From Octopus sinensis (taxonomy: Eukaryota): a DNA stretch of 64,000 nt. Of the stretch, positions 1 through 12,780 are shown one piece after another (position 1 is the stretch's first letter; every line of letters starts with the position of its first letter). The notes under the pieces are model-generated. The model searched no databases, was not told where the DNA came from, and worked only from the letters and a program-made list of their open reading frames with translations. The DNA is taken from the NCBI RefSeq assembly GCF_006345805.1, contig NC_042997.1, positions 162,192,001 through 162,256,000 on the forward strand, written 5' to 3'. The translations under genes were made by a program, and so were the position numbers.

Positions 1-329
1 TTTTCAGATGAAGAGACTACTCTGAAACATGAAATTCCTTTTGTGTCTTCATGGCGTATGAACTTGTATTTAACTCATGAACTTTACTTTAGCCATGTTA
101 TGTTAAGAGCATTACTCACCTGATAACAACACATATTTGCACAGGACTCATACTCTAATGTCCATTTAACAAGTGTAACATCTGACACTCGAAACTGCAG
201 GAACCAATTGAATATAAAGATCAATAAACTGATCAATATTTTAAATATATCTGCAACAGTAAGTTATATTTATTTCTTTTATGATCACATTTTAAAATAT
301 TCAGCTTTGTTGTCACCTGTTAGAAATAA

Positions 330-708
330 TGGATCTTTCCGGTTTGAACAGCAGTTTTTTAAAATAATTTCCATGTAACTAAACACTTTTAAACTTCGTA
401 TACTGGTAGAATGTGTTTATAAAACATCTTTTTCTCTTGGCTTTATTGAGAAAATTCTATAGTTGGTTTTTTTTTTCTTCAATTTCTGCAATTTCAACCA
501 ATCAGTGACGTCTGTTGAGGTGAAAACATTCTGTGCCGTATAAATATGTCCCTCGTTTAAGAAACAGATTGGGTTTATTTACATTTCTGAAGAAAAAAAA
601 GATACCCTTCCCCCCACCCCTAACCCTAACTAACCCTGGGTCATAATTATGGGTGACAATTTCATATGACACTGCTAGAAAAACTGCTGTTCAACCCGAA
701 AAGATCCG
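330..708. mobile_element. MITE (non-autonomous DNA transposon) with internal CCCTAA motifs
   Basis: TIRs ggatctttccggtttgaacagcagttttt / aaaaactgctgttcaacccgaaaagatcc; flanking direct repeat aaataa (324-329, 709-714); internal cccctaaccctaactaaccct. Confidence 0.75.
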
Positions 709-837
709 AAATAACTTAATAGACTCAAGCTATTTTTTTCTTGTCATTCTACAGATGTGGTCAATCATCAATAAGCCAGCTAAAACTGGATTTTGGTAGT
801 AATTTGACTGAAAATTATATTGACGAAAATGTGTGTG

Positions 838-1130
838 TGTAAGTGATTAAGAAGCTTGTGTCTTGGGCAAGTGTCCTCTGCTATAGCCCCAGGTTGCCCA
901 AATCCTTTTGAGTAGCTTGATAGATAGAAACTGAAAGAAACCTATTGTGTGTGTGTATATATGCTTATGTCTCCTAGCCTTGACATTGCATGATAGTTGT
1001 AAATGTGTGTCACTATCAAGCAAGCTGTGTCATTCATTTCCAATATTCTGCATAAACATGTCTGGCTATGGGGAAATTTTATCTTCCTCAGAAACAGGTG
1101 AAGGTTGGCAACAGGAAGGATGATGATGAT
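838..1130 (+). mobile_element. tRNA-derived SINE (family A), degenerate
   Basis: Shares ttgggcaagtgtc..ctatagcc..gatagaaactgaaagaa and ggttggcaacaggaagg blocks with copies at 21496 and 53023. Confidence 0.7.
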
Positions 1131-1399
1131 ATGAATATTCATATATTTATTCAGCATCTATTTTTCCATCTTAGTACAGGGACTTATTTGATGCAGTATT
1201 TAGTGGTTGGATGCTCTTTCTGTCATCAACCTGCACTTATTTCTCATGTAAAGGATTCCAAGTGCAACTATGAATGTAAATTTCATGTCACCAATTGTAA
1301 CAAGCAAAGCATGGTTTGCCAATATCAAAGCACATTTGTACAACTGTGTGCACATATGCATGTGCACACACATACACACACACACACACACACACGTGC

Positions 1400-1553
1400 A
1401 ATGAGCTTCCTCTAGCTTCTCTCTATCAAATTCATTCACAAGGCTTTGAGTGATCCAGGCCTATAGCAGAAAATACTTTTGCGGAGTGCCACTCAGTGAA
1501 CTGAACTTGAAACCACATGGTTGCAAACTTCTTAGCTGCATAGCCATGCCTGT
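1400..1553 (-). mobile_element. tRNA-derived SINE head (family A), flanked by (CA)n and (TG)n microsatellites
   Basis: Reverse complement of ggcatggctatg..caaccatgtggtttcaagttcagtt; (CA)n about 1366-1396, (TG)n about 1558-1586. Confidence 0.65.
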
Positions 1554-1555
1554 TA

Positions 1556-1589
<34 letters not shown>

Positions 1590-2847
1590 ATAAACTACTC
1601 TTCAGTTCTGGAACTGACAAACTGTCATGAAAGGGTACCCAGTCAGTGCATTATAATTCTGATTGTTTCTATCTGTAAAAACCATTTCTTCCCTCTCAAG
1701 AAAAACAAAGCAAATGTAACATAGTCAACAAAAAAGTATGATTGGCAGTTTGTTTCTGGTTAAGTGACCTGCACAACCCATGATAGCATGGAAAAATATG
1801 TAAACTGATGATATATTTTCATGCATTAGCTTACAGAAATGTACTCTAATATCTGCCAATGTTTCCTGGTTTTTGTTTCTTCAAATTCTTCATTCTCTCA
1901 TCTTCAGCTTAACTTGTATCATTTCCAAATACCAAGAATTCCAAGAATTATTAATCACTTCCTATCTTATGTTGCTAAAATGTTATCTTTCAAAATTAGT
2001 TGGTTATATTCTTTATATTAAACAGCCAACTTAACATATTTCAGATTCTATTTTGATTCTATATATTTATTTAGTAATTACTGAAAGGCAGTAGTTTGCA
2101 TTCTTATGGATTCTAAATTTAAAATCTTCAGCTACAGACAAAATAGCTGGCATGTAATTTAAACCATGGTAGTTTGGAATAAAGTGAAAGGAAAAGAATA
2201 AGCATTTTACAGTTTTATGTCATTATAGCTAACCTTCTTATATCCTAGTATATATTTCTTCAAATACCAGCTCAAGTTAATGAATACAATAAAAAAAAAT
2301 CTATTATGAAAGATACTGTTAATGCATTACAAGCTATGACAAGATGCTTGCAACTTACTGATATTGTTAGCTTGCTAGGAATTTATATGTATAAAACACA
2401 CATTGAAAGCTCACTCGTATAAAAATTCATTTTCTTCTCACTAAAAATATTACAAATTTAGAATTAGGTGTTTGTTTTTAAGATGCATTTCACATTCTGT
2501 TTAACTAAAATTCATTTTTAAAATTATTTCATATTTCCAATAACTTTACATAAGTTTTCATTTTCTATTTCTATTTTCTAAAATGTAACACAACCACCTC
2601 CTCATCCTATTCATGCTGGTTTTATAATACTGACTTATCAAGCCTGTGTTATATCATCTGACAGCACAATCTACAGGTTTACTAATCTTTCAATCTCTGT
2701 TATTAACACTTTCACTTCCTATATATATTATCTAATAGCATCACATATTTCTTTGAGTGCAGTCGTCGCTCCTCACTATATCATGTGGTTGTTGTTTTTT
2801 GCGGGGGCGGAGTTATTTTATTTTTTCCTTCTCATATTGCACTTTGT

Positions 2848-3220
2848 TGGCTGTGTGGTTTAGGAAGTTCAGTTTGCAATCACATGGTTCCAGGTCCAGT
2901 TCCACTGCATGGCACCTTGGGTAAGTGTCTTCTACTATAACCCTGGGTTGATAAATGCCTTGTGGCTGAACTCGGTTGACAGAAACTGTGTGGAAGCCTC
3001 TTATGTATATAAAGTGTGTGTATGTGTGTTTGTTGTTCCCCACTGCTTGGCAACCAGTGTTGCTTTGTGTACATTTTTGCAACTTAGTGGTTCAGCAAAA
3101 GAGAGTGATAGAATAAGTACTAGACTTAAAAAGTACTGGGGGTCAATTTATTCAACTAAACCCTCCAGGATGGTGCCTCAGTATAGCAACAATCCAATGA
3201 CTAAAACAAGTAAAAGATGA
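2848..3220 (+). mobile_element. tRNA-derived SINE (family A)
   Basis: tggctgtgtggttt A-box, ggttccaggtccagtt B-box-like, tail gatagaataagtacta...aaacaagtaaaaga shared with the 21496 copy. Confidence 0.75.
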
Positions 3221-3885
3221 AAGAAAGACAATAATTGCTGTTGGCTACAGGTTCCCATTGGGCCACTTAATAGCTCACTGCATTTAAGAGCCCAAGAGTA
3301 ACAACTGATTGTCTATGCAGCTCATCTGAAATAAATACAACAGAAACAGTGATTTATCAACTTTTGTTTAATGTTTACAAGTCTTTTTGTTGATGTATAT
3401 CAATAAACGATATATATTTACATGGAGCTTTTACACAATATCTGTCTGCCAAATTCCATTCATAGTGTATTGTTCAACTGATGTCTGTGATAGATGAAAG
3501 ATATCTGCCTCCAGTGTTGCAGTGAAATTAAGTCTGAAACTACTTGGTTGCCAAGCAGACTTCTAACTATGCAGCTTTTCTTCCTATGCATTTTATATCC
3601 AGCCCCTGTTACATCTCACTTGTTGATTTTTTTCATTGCATATCAACAAATTACACACAATTCTAATAATTGCAAATCTGCTTCATTGCAGCAGTGTTCT
3701 TACTCCAATATTTTTTGGTATACGTTTGTGATAGACATAACCATAACAGTTAAAATGAAATCAAATTGTGTTTGCTTCAGTTAAATCTATTAGATAATTA
3801 TCTAATTGTGAATATAGCGAAATAATAGTAGATATGTTGGGAGAAATTCCCTCAGTAAGAGAATCTAGAAGTTAGACTTAATAAA

Positions 3886-4110
3886 CCCTTTAGCATTTAA
3901 ACCAGCCATATCCAGTCTAAAATATTCAACCTGTTTTATGGTCAAATTGACTTGATCCAACCTTTCACACCCATCCTACAATGTCCTTCTAAAAATAAGC
4001 AATGACATTACTGAAATCTTGAAGCTACAAGATAATGCATGATTAATTCAAAGTTATCTGAATAAATAAGCCTTACCTTTGACTGAGTAATCTGAATGCT
4101 AAAAGGTTAA
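3886..4110. mobile_element. piggyBac-like MITE (CCCTTTAGCATT termini)
   Basis: Ends accctttagcatt / aatgctaaaaggttaa; further copies near 19678-19890 (inverted), 49898-50092 and 53536-53754. Confidence 0.7.
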
Positions 4111-5403
4111 AGCAGTGATTCAGCAAATATATACTTTTGATACTGAAATTATTGTTAAGTTTAACTAAATACTCTGCTTAACAATATCATAGAAGACACA
4201 CATTTATACAAAGTATGAGTCATTGTGTTCCTGTTCTTGACTTGTGTTTTAAAATAATTAGGATGTCTTTTTAATAAATCACATTTCACTTGAATGAGGA
4301 CACCAGTTTGTATACTGCTGATAATATCTCAGAAGGGATTGGCTTTGTGGTTTACTCTACATCTAAAATCTTGTGGTGGGTTAGTCATGTCATTTACCTG
4401 TAAGAACAACTAGCTTCTTTGAGGCTAACATATCTGATTTCATTTCTTCATGCACTGCTGTAAGAGTGGCTTCTCTACTTGACTACAAAACAGGTACTTA
4501 TTGTTTCCGGGGCTACTATGATAAAAAATGGGGTTTTTTTTTAATATATTGATTTTTGACACTTAGATAACATTGCTCATGTTCAGTCCACTGCAGGACA
4601 AGCACCTCAACATATTCTCTTCACCAGCCAGTCTGATATGGAGGCTGTATATCTGAGTTTGATGTCATACTGGTTTGATGAGCCGGCTGAACATGGCTTG
4701 GCAGAGGGATGCAGTTTTTATACTCTTATCCAGGAGTAGTTAATTCAATTACATCAACCCCAGTGCTCAACTGGTACTTACTTTATCAACGCCAAAATGA
4801 TTATAGGCAAATTTCTTGGTGAAATTTCTGCCCAGAAAGTTAAGATGGGCAAAATACCACTGAGCATTTTACCCAGCACACTAACGATTCTGCCAGCTCG
4901 CAGCCTTATTTTTGACACTAATACTATACATCTATTTAGTGGTTCCATCATATCTAATTTGAGTTGTATGATGTCATCTATGGTTTATTGAAATCTAATT
5001 ACAATGACTCATCCTCCAAAATCATATGCCTTGCTTGATGAAATGTTCAGAATATCTCATTTGTAATCTTCTCAAAGCTATTAAAGATTAATTAATCACC
5101 ATTTTGTTTTAATGAATATATCAGCCTTATTATTTCTTTAGTTATTCATTTTTGTGGTTATCAAATTAGAGATCTATTAATACAAAGTTTAACTCTGCTG
5201 TGAAATGAAAGCTTCTATTCAATTAGTTCTATATGAGTTTTTGCCTGGGAAAAAGTGTAGTTGTATTTACATTGTAGTCACTAAAAAGTGCACAAAAACT
5301 GTTAAGTTCACAGTTTTTATATTCTTAATTATCTAAAACAGCTCTTTTATGGTATAATTGTTTCAGTTTCAGCATCATCATCATCATCATCCTCTCATTT
5401 AAC

Positions 5404-5735
5404 CAGTAGTGTAACGGTGGGGGGGAGGCAGTGCCCCAGGTGCTGACTGAAGCAGGGGTGGGTGTGCAAAATTGACCATAATACGACAAGCTTGAACCCC
5501 ATTTATAAAATTTGTGAAAGTAAACATTCAAAAAATATATTTTGAATTAGAGGCTGTACTGAACCAGCAGGTAAATGAACCCTAGTAAAGTATTTATTCC
5601 TAAAATATTGTTTTAAAACATTAATTATTTGTAACAAATAAGTACTACATAATATCGTGGATTTGGTAATTGGCGGGGTGCGGGGTGTATTTTTGCGGCT
5701 TGTCCCATGCACAGTTTACCCTTGCCACACCACTG
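5404..5735. mobile_element. hAT-like MITE inserted in an RTE-tail repeat
   Basis: Termini cagtagtgt / acaccactg; 8-bp target duplication catttaac / tgtttaac. Confidence 0.7.
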
Positions 5736-8700
5736 TGTTTAACATCTGTTTTCCATGCTGGCATGGGTAGGATAGTTTGACAGGAACTGGAAAATCAGGA
5801 GACTGCACCCAAGTCAGCTATCGCAAATTTTATGGGAGAAGACTTGGATTAAATTGAATCAATACTTCGCTCTACATTATGACTTGGAAGAGGAGTTGAC
5901 CTCAGTGAGAATTGGATTTAAAAAATACAGATTTCTAATATAAGCACAAACCCCTCCTTTGGGTGGGGGACATTGGCAATTATATTGACTCAGTATTTAA
6001 CTGGTACTATATTGACTCTGGAAAGATGAAAGGTAAATTTAGACTCAGAATGTAAAAAGCTATAAGTAAATACTGTATGGCATTTTGTCTGATACTCTAA
6101 TAATTTTACTGTAGGGTTTTGAACCCCAACTACAAAATCATCAGTTCATGGTTTTAAGTAAGCTACATTCGAGCTGTGTGAGTTTCATGTGAACAACCTA
6201 TATATCAACCAATCAGCTTGAAGCCAATATCTCAAATGTTATTGAGATTTGTGCCTTTTCCCTATTTACACAGTCAAGCAGAATGCTGTTGGCATTCAAG
6301 CAGGACAGATCTCAGCTCTCATCCAGCAAATCAAGAAGCTGTGACGGTCACTCATAGCCTTGGTTTTTCACTTTCGAGATCACAAATGGCTGAGCAAATG
6401 CATTTAAGTCAATTCCTACATATTATTCTGGTAACTAGTGAGAATTTGATCATTTATGTATGATAATCTTCTCTTAATGAAATCTGTTGTTAAACATCCG
6501 CAAGTTTGCTTTTGTAGTAATATATGCAGCCAGCTTGATCTTACAATAAAGATTCAACATCAATCTTTCTCATGACAGCTTGACCCCACAGAAAGGGTGA
6601 TTCAGTGATGAAATGCCTACAACAGCAACTAACCTCAAGACAGTACCATTCATAATTGTTTATACATTGACCTCACTTCTTGATTGGTAATCATTTTATT
6701 GATCCAGGAACAAAGAAAAATAAAATCAACTCCATAAGGATTTGAACTCAGAATGTAACTAAATACCACAAGTTATTATATGTAGTGCTCCACTGAAATC
6801 TACCACCAATTTTAAATTAAACAATGAAAAAGAAACCTGTTTATTGATATCATTTAACTATTTTGTTGTTACTCTGAAACTGTGTCAGCTTCACCAATAA
6901 CTTTAGTAACATCTGTTGTATATTTTTTGTTGATCTATATTAAAATCCCAGTTGTAAAGTAGCTTAGATGTACTCCCTTATCTACGTTTTTGTTTGTTGC
7001 GGATTAAATAAAGTTTCATATTTACCAACCAGACTTTAATAATTAACTTTTAATCTGGAAAAATTGTAACTTAATTACAAATAACAGCTGCTTTACAATT
7101 AGCACTAGTCACAATTTAACTAGTACCAATCTTTTAAAATATGAAAGTAATGATTTCTTGCATAGATACAAGACTTTGAATTTGGGGACTACTTCAAAAC
7201 CGTGTATGTTGTTGGTTTTTAATTTATTGATCAGAGAGGGTTGAAAGGCAAAGTGGATTTTGGTAGGCCTTGGACATAGAATGTAAAGAGTTGTATCTAA
7301 ATATATCATTCTGTCGAGTACTCTGCTAATTGTGCCATCTGCTACCTTTATACATTGAAGATATAATAATGAGTATTTTTTTTATATTGGTCTCCTTGCT
7401 TAGCCAGTGGGGTGGCGTCATTTGAAGACTAAAAAACAGTACGAAGCACATTGTGACCAGCGATGTATAGCAACATCTGATAACCTGGTCAGTCACGGTG
7501 ATCGCGGCGATTTTTTATTAAAACCACTCTAAGAATGGTTTTAACTACACATGGTCTAGTTAAGATTTCGGGGGCTTGTACACACTTCCTAATATAACCT
7601 TAACCCTATCAAGGAAAGAGACTCACCAGCAGTTGATGCTTCTATATCTAAGTATAAAAACATTTTCTCTGAGAACATGGACTAATCCAAGGGTAAGGAA
7701 CACTTGGATCTTTTATTTGAAGTTTACATTGTATTATGCATGGTCCTTGAAATAGAATGGTCCTTGAAATAGCATCAATGGCTACAATAGGCTACTTATT
7801 CTAAATGGACCAGAACAGGATACTAAGCATAACATTAAAATGGACACACCTGAAAAGCAAAAGCCTAGATGGCCAGAAGTAATTTTTTTTTTTTTTTTTT
7901 TCCTTTTACTTGATGGGCCTGGAAAATGTATTGGTGCCTATGGTCTTTTGCAGGCCTTCTGAAACTAGTGAAATTGGTGCTATTGATATTCTTTTTGAAC
8001 CTTTGTAAGCTAATAACCTGCAGGAAAGATGTGAGCTGAGAGCAAATTCCCAAGAGCCAACGTTCTGGAAATGAAGAACTAGAGCAAAGTACTGTTGCCA
8101 AAGACTGGTTTGGATGGTGTTGGATGCTCAGACTTATTTTGCAATTGGAAAGAAGTGGGTTAAAAAATAACACATTTCACTGTAACAATAAAGGTGCATT
8201 AAAGGAAATTTTATAAAATATACTGAAATCTATAATTGCATTTATTATAATTGTATCAATATCATTTCATCATTTAACTTTCATCTTCCATGTTGACATA
8301 GTTGGGATGGTTTAACAGGATCCAACAAACCAGAAGTCTGCATCAAATTCCAATCTCTGTTTGGCATGATTTCTGTGACTGGATACCCTTCCTAATGCCA
8401 ACCACTTTACACTGTGTGTTGGGTACTTTTTTTCATGGCAAAAAGTCACCAAGTAATTTGCAAAACAAAAACGAAAATAAACCCTCAACTGTATGTAGCA
8501 GAGAGGGAGGTTACTTTATGCCAGGTTTTGAGAGGCTAATATGATATAGAAACAGGCACAAGTGTCTTGCTATAGGGGAGATATATGGTTACCCTGTATT
8601 ATATCAGGGTGGGTAGGTGTAGCTGAGTAAAAGATAATGATGATGGTGACTCAAGATAAAAGAAGGTGAGTATAAGAATACAAAAAATCAGGAAGGGTGG

Positions 8701-8951
8701 GTGGATAGGTTTATAAGAGTGTGAAAGTAGAGTGACAAATGGTTAGAGATGGATGTAGAAATGAATGTTGTGGATGGAACAACGATGGAGGTGTAGTTGA
8801 TGGAAAGTATCAGTATGGTGAAGAGGTGAAAAAATAACTCAGAAAGGGGGAGGTGGTAAGTGCCAGATAGGAAAGGTAGAGAGCAACAATATAATAAACT
8901 TGATAATGGATCAGAAAATGTGATGTATGCAGACAGAGATAGAAGTCAGAA

Positions 8952-9188
8952 GGTGGCAAGCTGGTAGAAATGTTAGCATGCCGGGTGAAATGCTTAGTGG
9001 TATTTCGTTTGCTGCAACGTTTTGAGTTCAAATTCTGCCGAGGTCGACTTTGCCTTTCATCCTTTCGGGGGTCGATAAATTAAGTACCAGTTATGCACTG
9101 GGGTCAATGTAATCAACTTAATCCGTTTGTCTGTCCTTGTTTGTCCCCCTCTATGTTTAGTCCCTTGTGGGCAATAAAGAAATAAGAT
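8952..9188 (+). mobile_element. Full-length tRNA-derived SINE (family B) with 12-bp TSD
   Basis: ggtggcaagctggtagaaatgttagc head, gagttcaaattc B-box, gcctttcatcctttcgggggtcgataaattaagtacc core, A-rich tail; TSD atagaagtcaga at 8939-8950 and 9189-9200. Inverted copy at about 50850-51018. Confidence 0.85.
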
Positions 9189-10589
9189 ATAGAAGTCAGA
9201 GGTATTTAGGGATGACTATAGTGGAAGCCAAAGGTAGAGAGAGGCTGTTTACAGTATTATAAATATTATCCTTTTATGAATTTAAAAACATGAATTAATA
9301 TATTTTGTAATAAGCGAACAGTCAACATGAACAACAACTTTCCTTTTCAGTGTATATAAATTTATATATATGCACTTTGTAATAAACAAAAGTATATCTT
9401 CATACAATAACTACACAACTTACAAAAGGCCACATGTAAAGGCTACAAAGAATGCAGGTTCTACACCCCAAGATTAGCCACACAAGTGTTGCATGTGGAA
9501 AAAGAAGACAGTTGATAAAACATGCATAAACTAAATTGGCTCATTTAAAAATCAATTTTTTCCCCAAAATTTCAGTGCAACCTGCATTTTTTTTTCTGTT
9601 TTATTCTATACACAGATATAGTACTTTTGTTTTGGATTATTTAAACATAATTGTTTACAAGCCAACATCAAACCCATTATGGAAAATGAATTATCAAAAA
9701 GTTCCTATGTAGCACTTTTTCTAACCCTATTCATTTTTAAGTATTCAGTAAATGAAAAGGTTGAACAGATGTTACACATTTAATGAAAGCAATTTCCTAA
9801 ATATCTGTGGCACAATGCATCGGAAATATCTTTTTTTACTGTTCTGGTTTCAATCATTGGATTTTGGCCATCCTGGGTTGCTTTTAGTTGACTATATCAA
9901 CCCAAGTACTTAGCCTGATACTTATTTTATTGATTGTATTTATCAGATTGCTAAGTTTACCTTTTGTATAAAGCGACCTGAATATCTATATACAAGGTAT
10001 TTTTGTTCAACTCTCCAATTCATGGGCTTCCACACATTCTCAGTCCACCAAATTTCATGTTTTTTATTAGGATGATTTCAGAAATGTTTGACTGCTATTT
10101 CTAGTTGGTCAGTGTATTATGTAAGCCTTCACATAAATGGCTTGATGTATACTGTGTACAGACTTCAGTGTGAAGAGATTTGTTTGTTAAATTGATGACA
10201 GGGTGGGAGTGTGTAGAGTTATGTTCTGAGTAACAATGCTTGGATGACAAGGATGATGATAAAATTACATGTAGTCAAGCCTAATTGACCATATAATAAT
10301 AATAATAATAATAATGAAATTATTGTGGTATGAATACAGTCTAAATACCTTCACACTTTCAGTTCAAAACCTGATGTGATTGACATTTGACATTATTTTA
10401 TTATATTAGATGTGTACTTGAAATAATCTTATTAATACTCATTCCCACACATGTGCTTATGTAAAAGATTGGTGTTTAGTTTAATGAGAAGATTGAGAAT
10501 ATAATTGACCTAAGAATAATTTTTGTTTATTAACAAGCAGCTTTTAATCTCTTGATTAAACAAAAGAAACATTTATTTAAGACAATAAT

Positions 10590-11110
10590 GAAAGGCACCT
10601 TCTGCATAATTATTGTTGGTGACTTTAAGTGTCATGTGTGGAGATACCTGAATGGATCTTTTGGGGGTTATTTGAATGGTATAACCAGAGAAAGAATCAA
10701 GACATTCAAAGATTTTGATAATTTGCTGAGTATGCTTAACTGCATGTTTTACATTAGATCAATCACTTTGTTATTTCTGTCAGAATGGAGCTACAAAGCA
10801 TATCCTAATTGGATATAGATTTTAACCAAACTCATTATGGCAGCATTTGAACTTACTTAAAGCTTGATGAAGTGATGAGATTTCTTGTGAGAGATTTCAT
10901 ATTACTGCTTTTTCATAGATTCCCAAAACTAGAATTTGTTAAAGAAATAAGCTGCTTCAAACACATGTTGAATACAGCGAGAAAGAATATGAAGATAAGA
11001 GAGAAAGAAGCAACAGGAATCGGGTCTGCCCCAACCTATGCTATTGTGGGTAGAGATGAAGAACCATTGAAGAATCTGCTAGATAAATCTAACCTCTCAT
11101 TAAGAATCAC
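10590..11110 (+). pseudogene. Decayed RTE-type LINE apurinic-endonuclease fragment
   Basis: IIIVGDFKCHV (cf. GDFNAHVG), GSFGGY and a downstream QLD-IL-like motif across frameshifts; explains ORFs 10552 and 10872. Confidence 0.55.
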
Positions 11111-11655
11111 TTGACCTGAATACACAGAAACAATTCTTGTTCTGTAACGCCTACACTAACAAACAAGGCTTGTAACATAAGTTACTGCTTCATAATAGCA
11201 GGTAGCAAGAGTGTTAACTATAATAGCAGCAGTTGTTTAACCAACAACCATTCACTCCTTCAACTACAAGCCGATGAAGGAGCATCCTAGTGGTTGCTAA
11301 ACATACTAGAAATAACAAGCAAATCTTTCTCAAATTACTCCTAAAAGGAGGGAACATTAGACAATGTAGTTTTAAATATACAAAAAGAAGGAATAATCAT
11401 GGGCTGGATTGCCTTCCATCTTAGGTTCACTCAGCCCTGGCTAACCTGGGGCTGGATTCTTGTAACTGTCAATGTGGCAGTATGTGACATCCTATTTGAT
11501 GTAAAGGTCTAACTAGTTAATATTCCTTAATCTTTTCATTACCATATTTCTCTCAAAATACGGTGCTTTTGTTTCAGTTAATTATGAAAATAATTTTGCT
11601 ATTAGAAATATTATTTTTAAGTCTCTCTAAAGGAGACTACGGCAGCAGTACTGGA

Positions 11656-11947
11656 TATTAATAGTTATCGCCAAGCTAATATGGCAGTCCATAAATATAG
11701 GATGAAAGCTGCCGTTGATTAACTCCAAGAGGCCATCACCTCTAGCTCACTATATGACACACGAACCTGTGTCCATTATAACCTTTGAGCAAGGGAGGTC
11801 AGCTGTCTCCCCTGTTCGAAGGCTATAATGGACACAGGCTCGTGTGTTATATAGCTAGCTAGATCGATGGCCTCTTGGAGCTAATCAGTGGCAGCTTTCA
11901 TCCTAGATTTATGGACTGCCATATTAGCTTGGTAATAACTATTAATA
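11656..11947. repeat. Foldback (palindromic) element, about 290 bp
   Basis: Left arm tattaatagttatcgccaagctaatatggcagtccataaat... pairs with right arm ...atttatggactgccatattagcttggtaataactattaata around a central cagctg. Confidence 0.9.
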
Positions 11948-12780
11948 ATTTTGCTATTATTAACTGGTTTTTAGATCACTTGAAGTTTAAACATTTATTT
12001 ACAGTTTACCTGAGACATAGCAGTGTAGTAAAAGCTATTGTTGTGATGGCTTAATGTGTTCTTTAAAATGTCTTAGTAGGTTATCATATCTTTGATAGTT
12101 TCCTAAGTATTGTTAGACCTTGATGGTATTTATGTAATTCTGTGAATCAGTGTTAAAAACAAATATTTGGGTCATTGGTATGACTACTTGAATTATTTAC
12201 TGTTTGGGTATTTTGCTGCAAGAATCTCAATCCTCTTGTTTATACACACTTTATACATAAATTTCTTCTTTTCAATTTCTGCTGTTATCAAATCTTGTGT
12301 ATCAAAAATAGAATTAGTTATTTAGTACAGCAAACAATATAACTAACATGTAAGCCATAGACTATAAATAATATTTCACTCTTTACTGACACAAATATCT
12401 GTATTGTTTAGCACCTGGCTAACTCAAGCTTAGCAGATATATGATCAAAAATGCATACCAACCGTAACCAATGTTTTTTATTTTTTTTATTTTTATGTGA
12501 CACAATGCAATTCGAGCAACCATGTAGTAGCTCTCCCATTGCTTTGTACATTTCTTATGTACATTAAAGAGATGAATACTAGAGGAATCCCAGTAACTCC
12601 AAAATACTATTCACACATTCGAGTTTCGTTTTTCTTATTGTTACTCTCGCCTTTCCTTCCATCTTTGAGTTAATACCTAATTGAAATGTTGAGTCAAATT
12701 TAAAAACAACACAAAACTAGGACAATAGTTTTAATTATCATATTTTTGTTATAAACTTTTTCCAAAAATTATGTACAATG

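Noticed and set aside
616-637. Telomere or telomere-fusion remnant
   Set aside because: Only about three imperfect CCCTAA units, located inside a TIR-bounded element.
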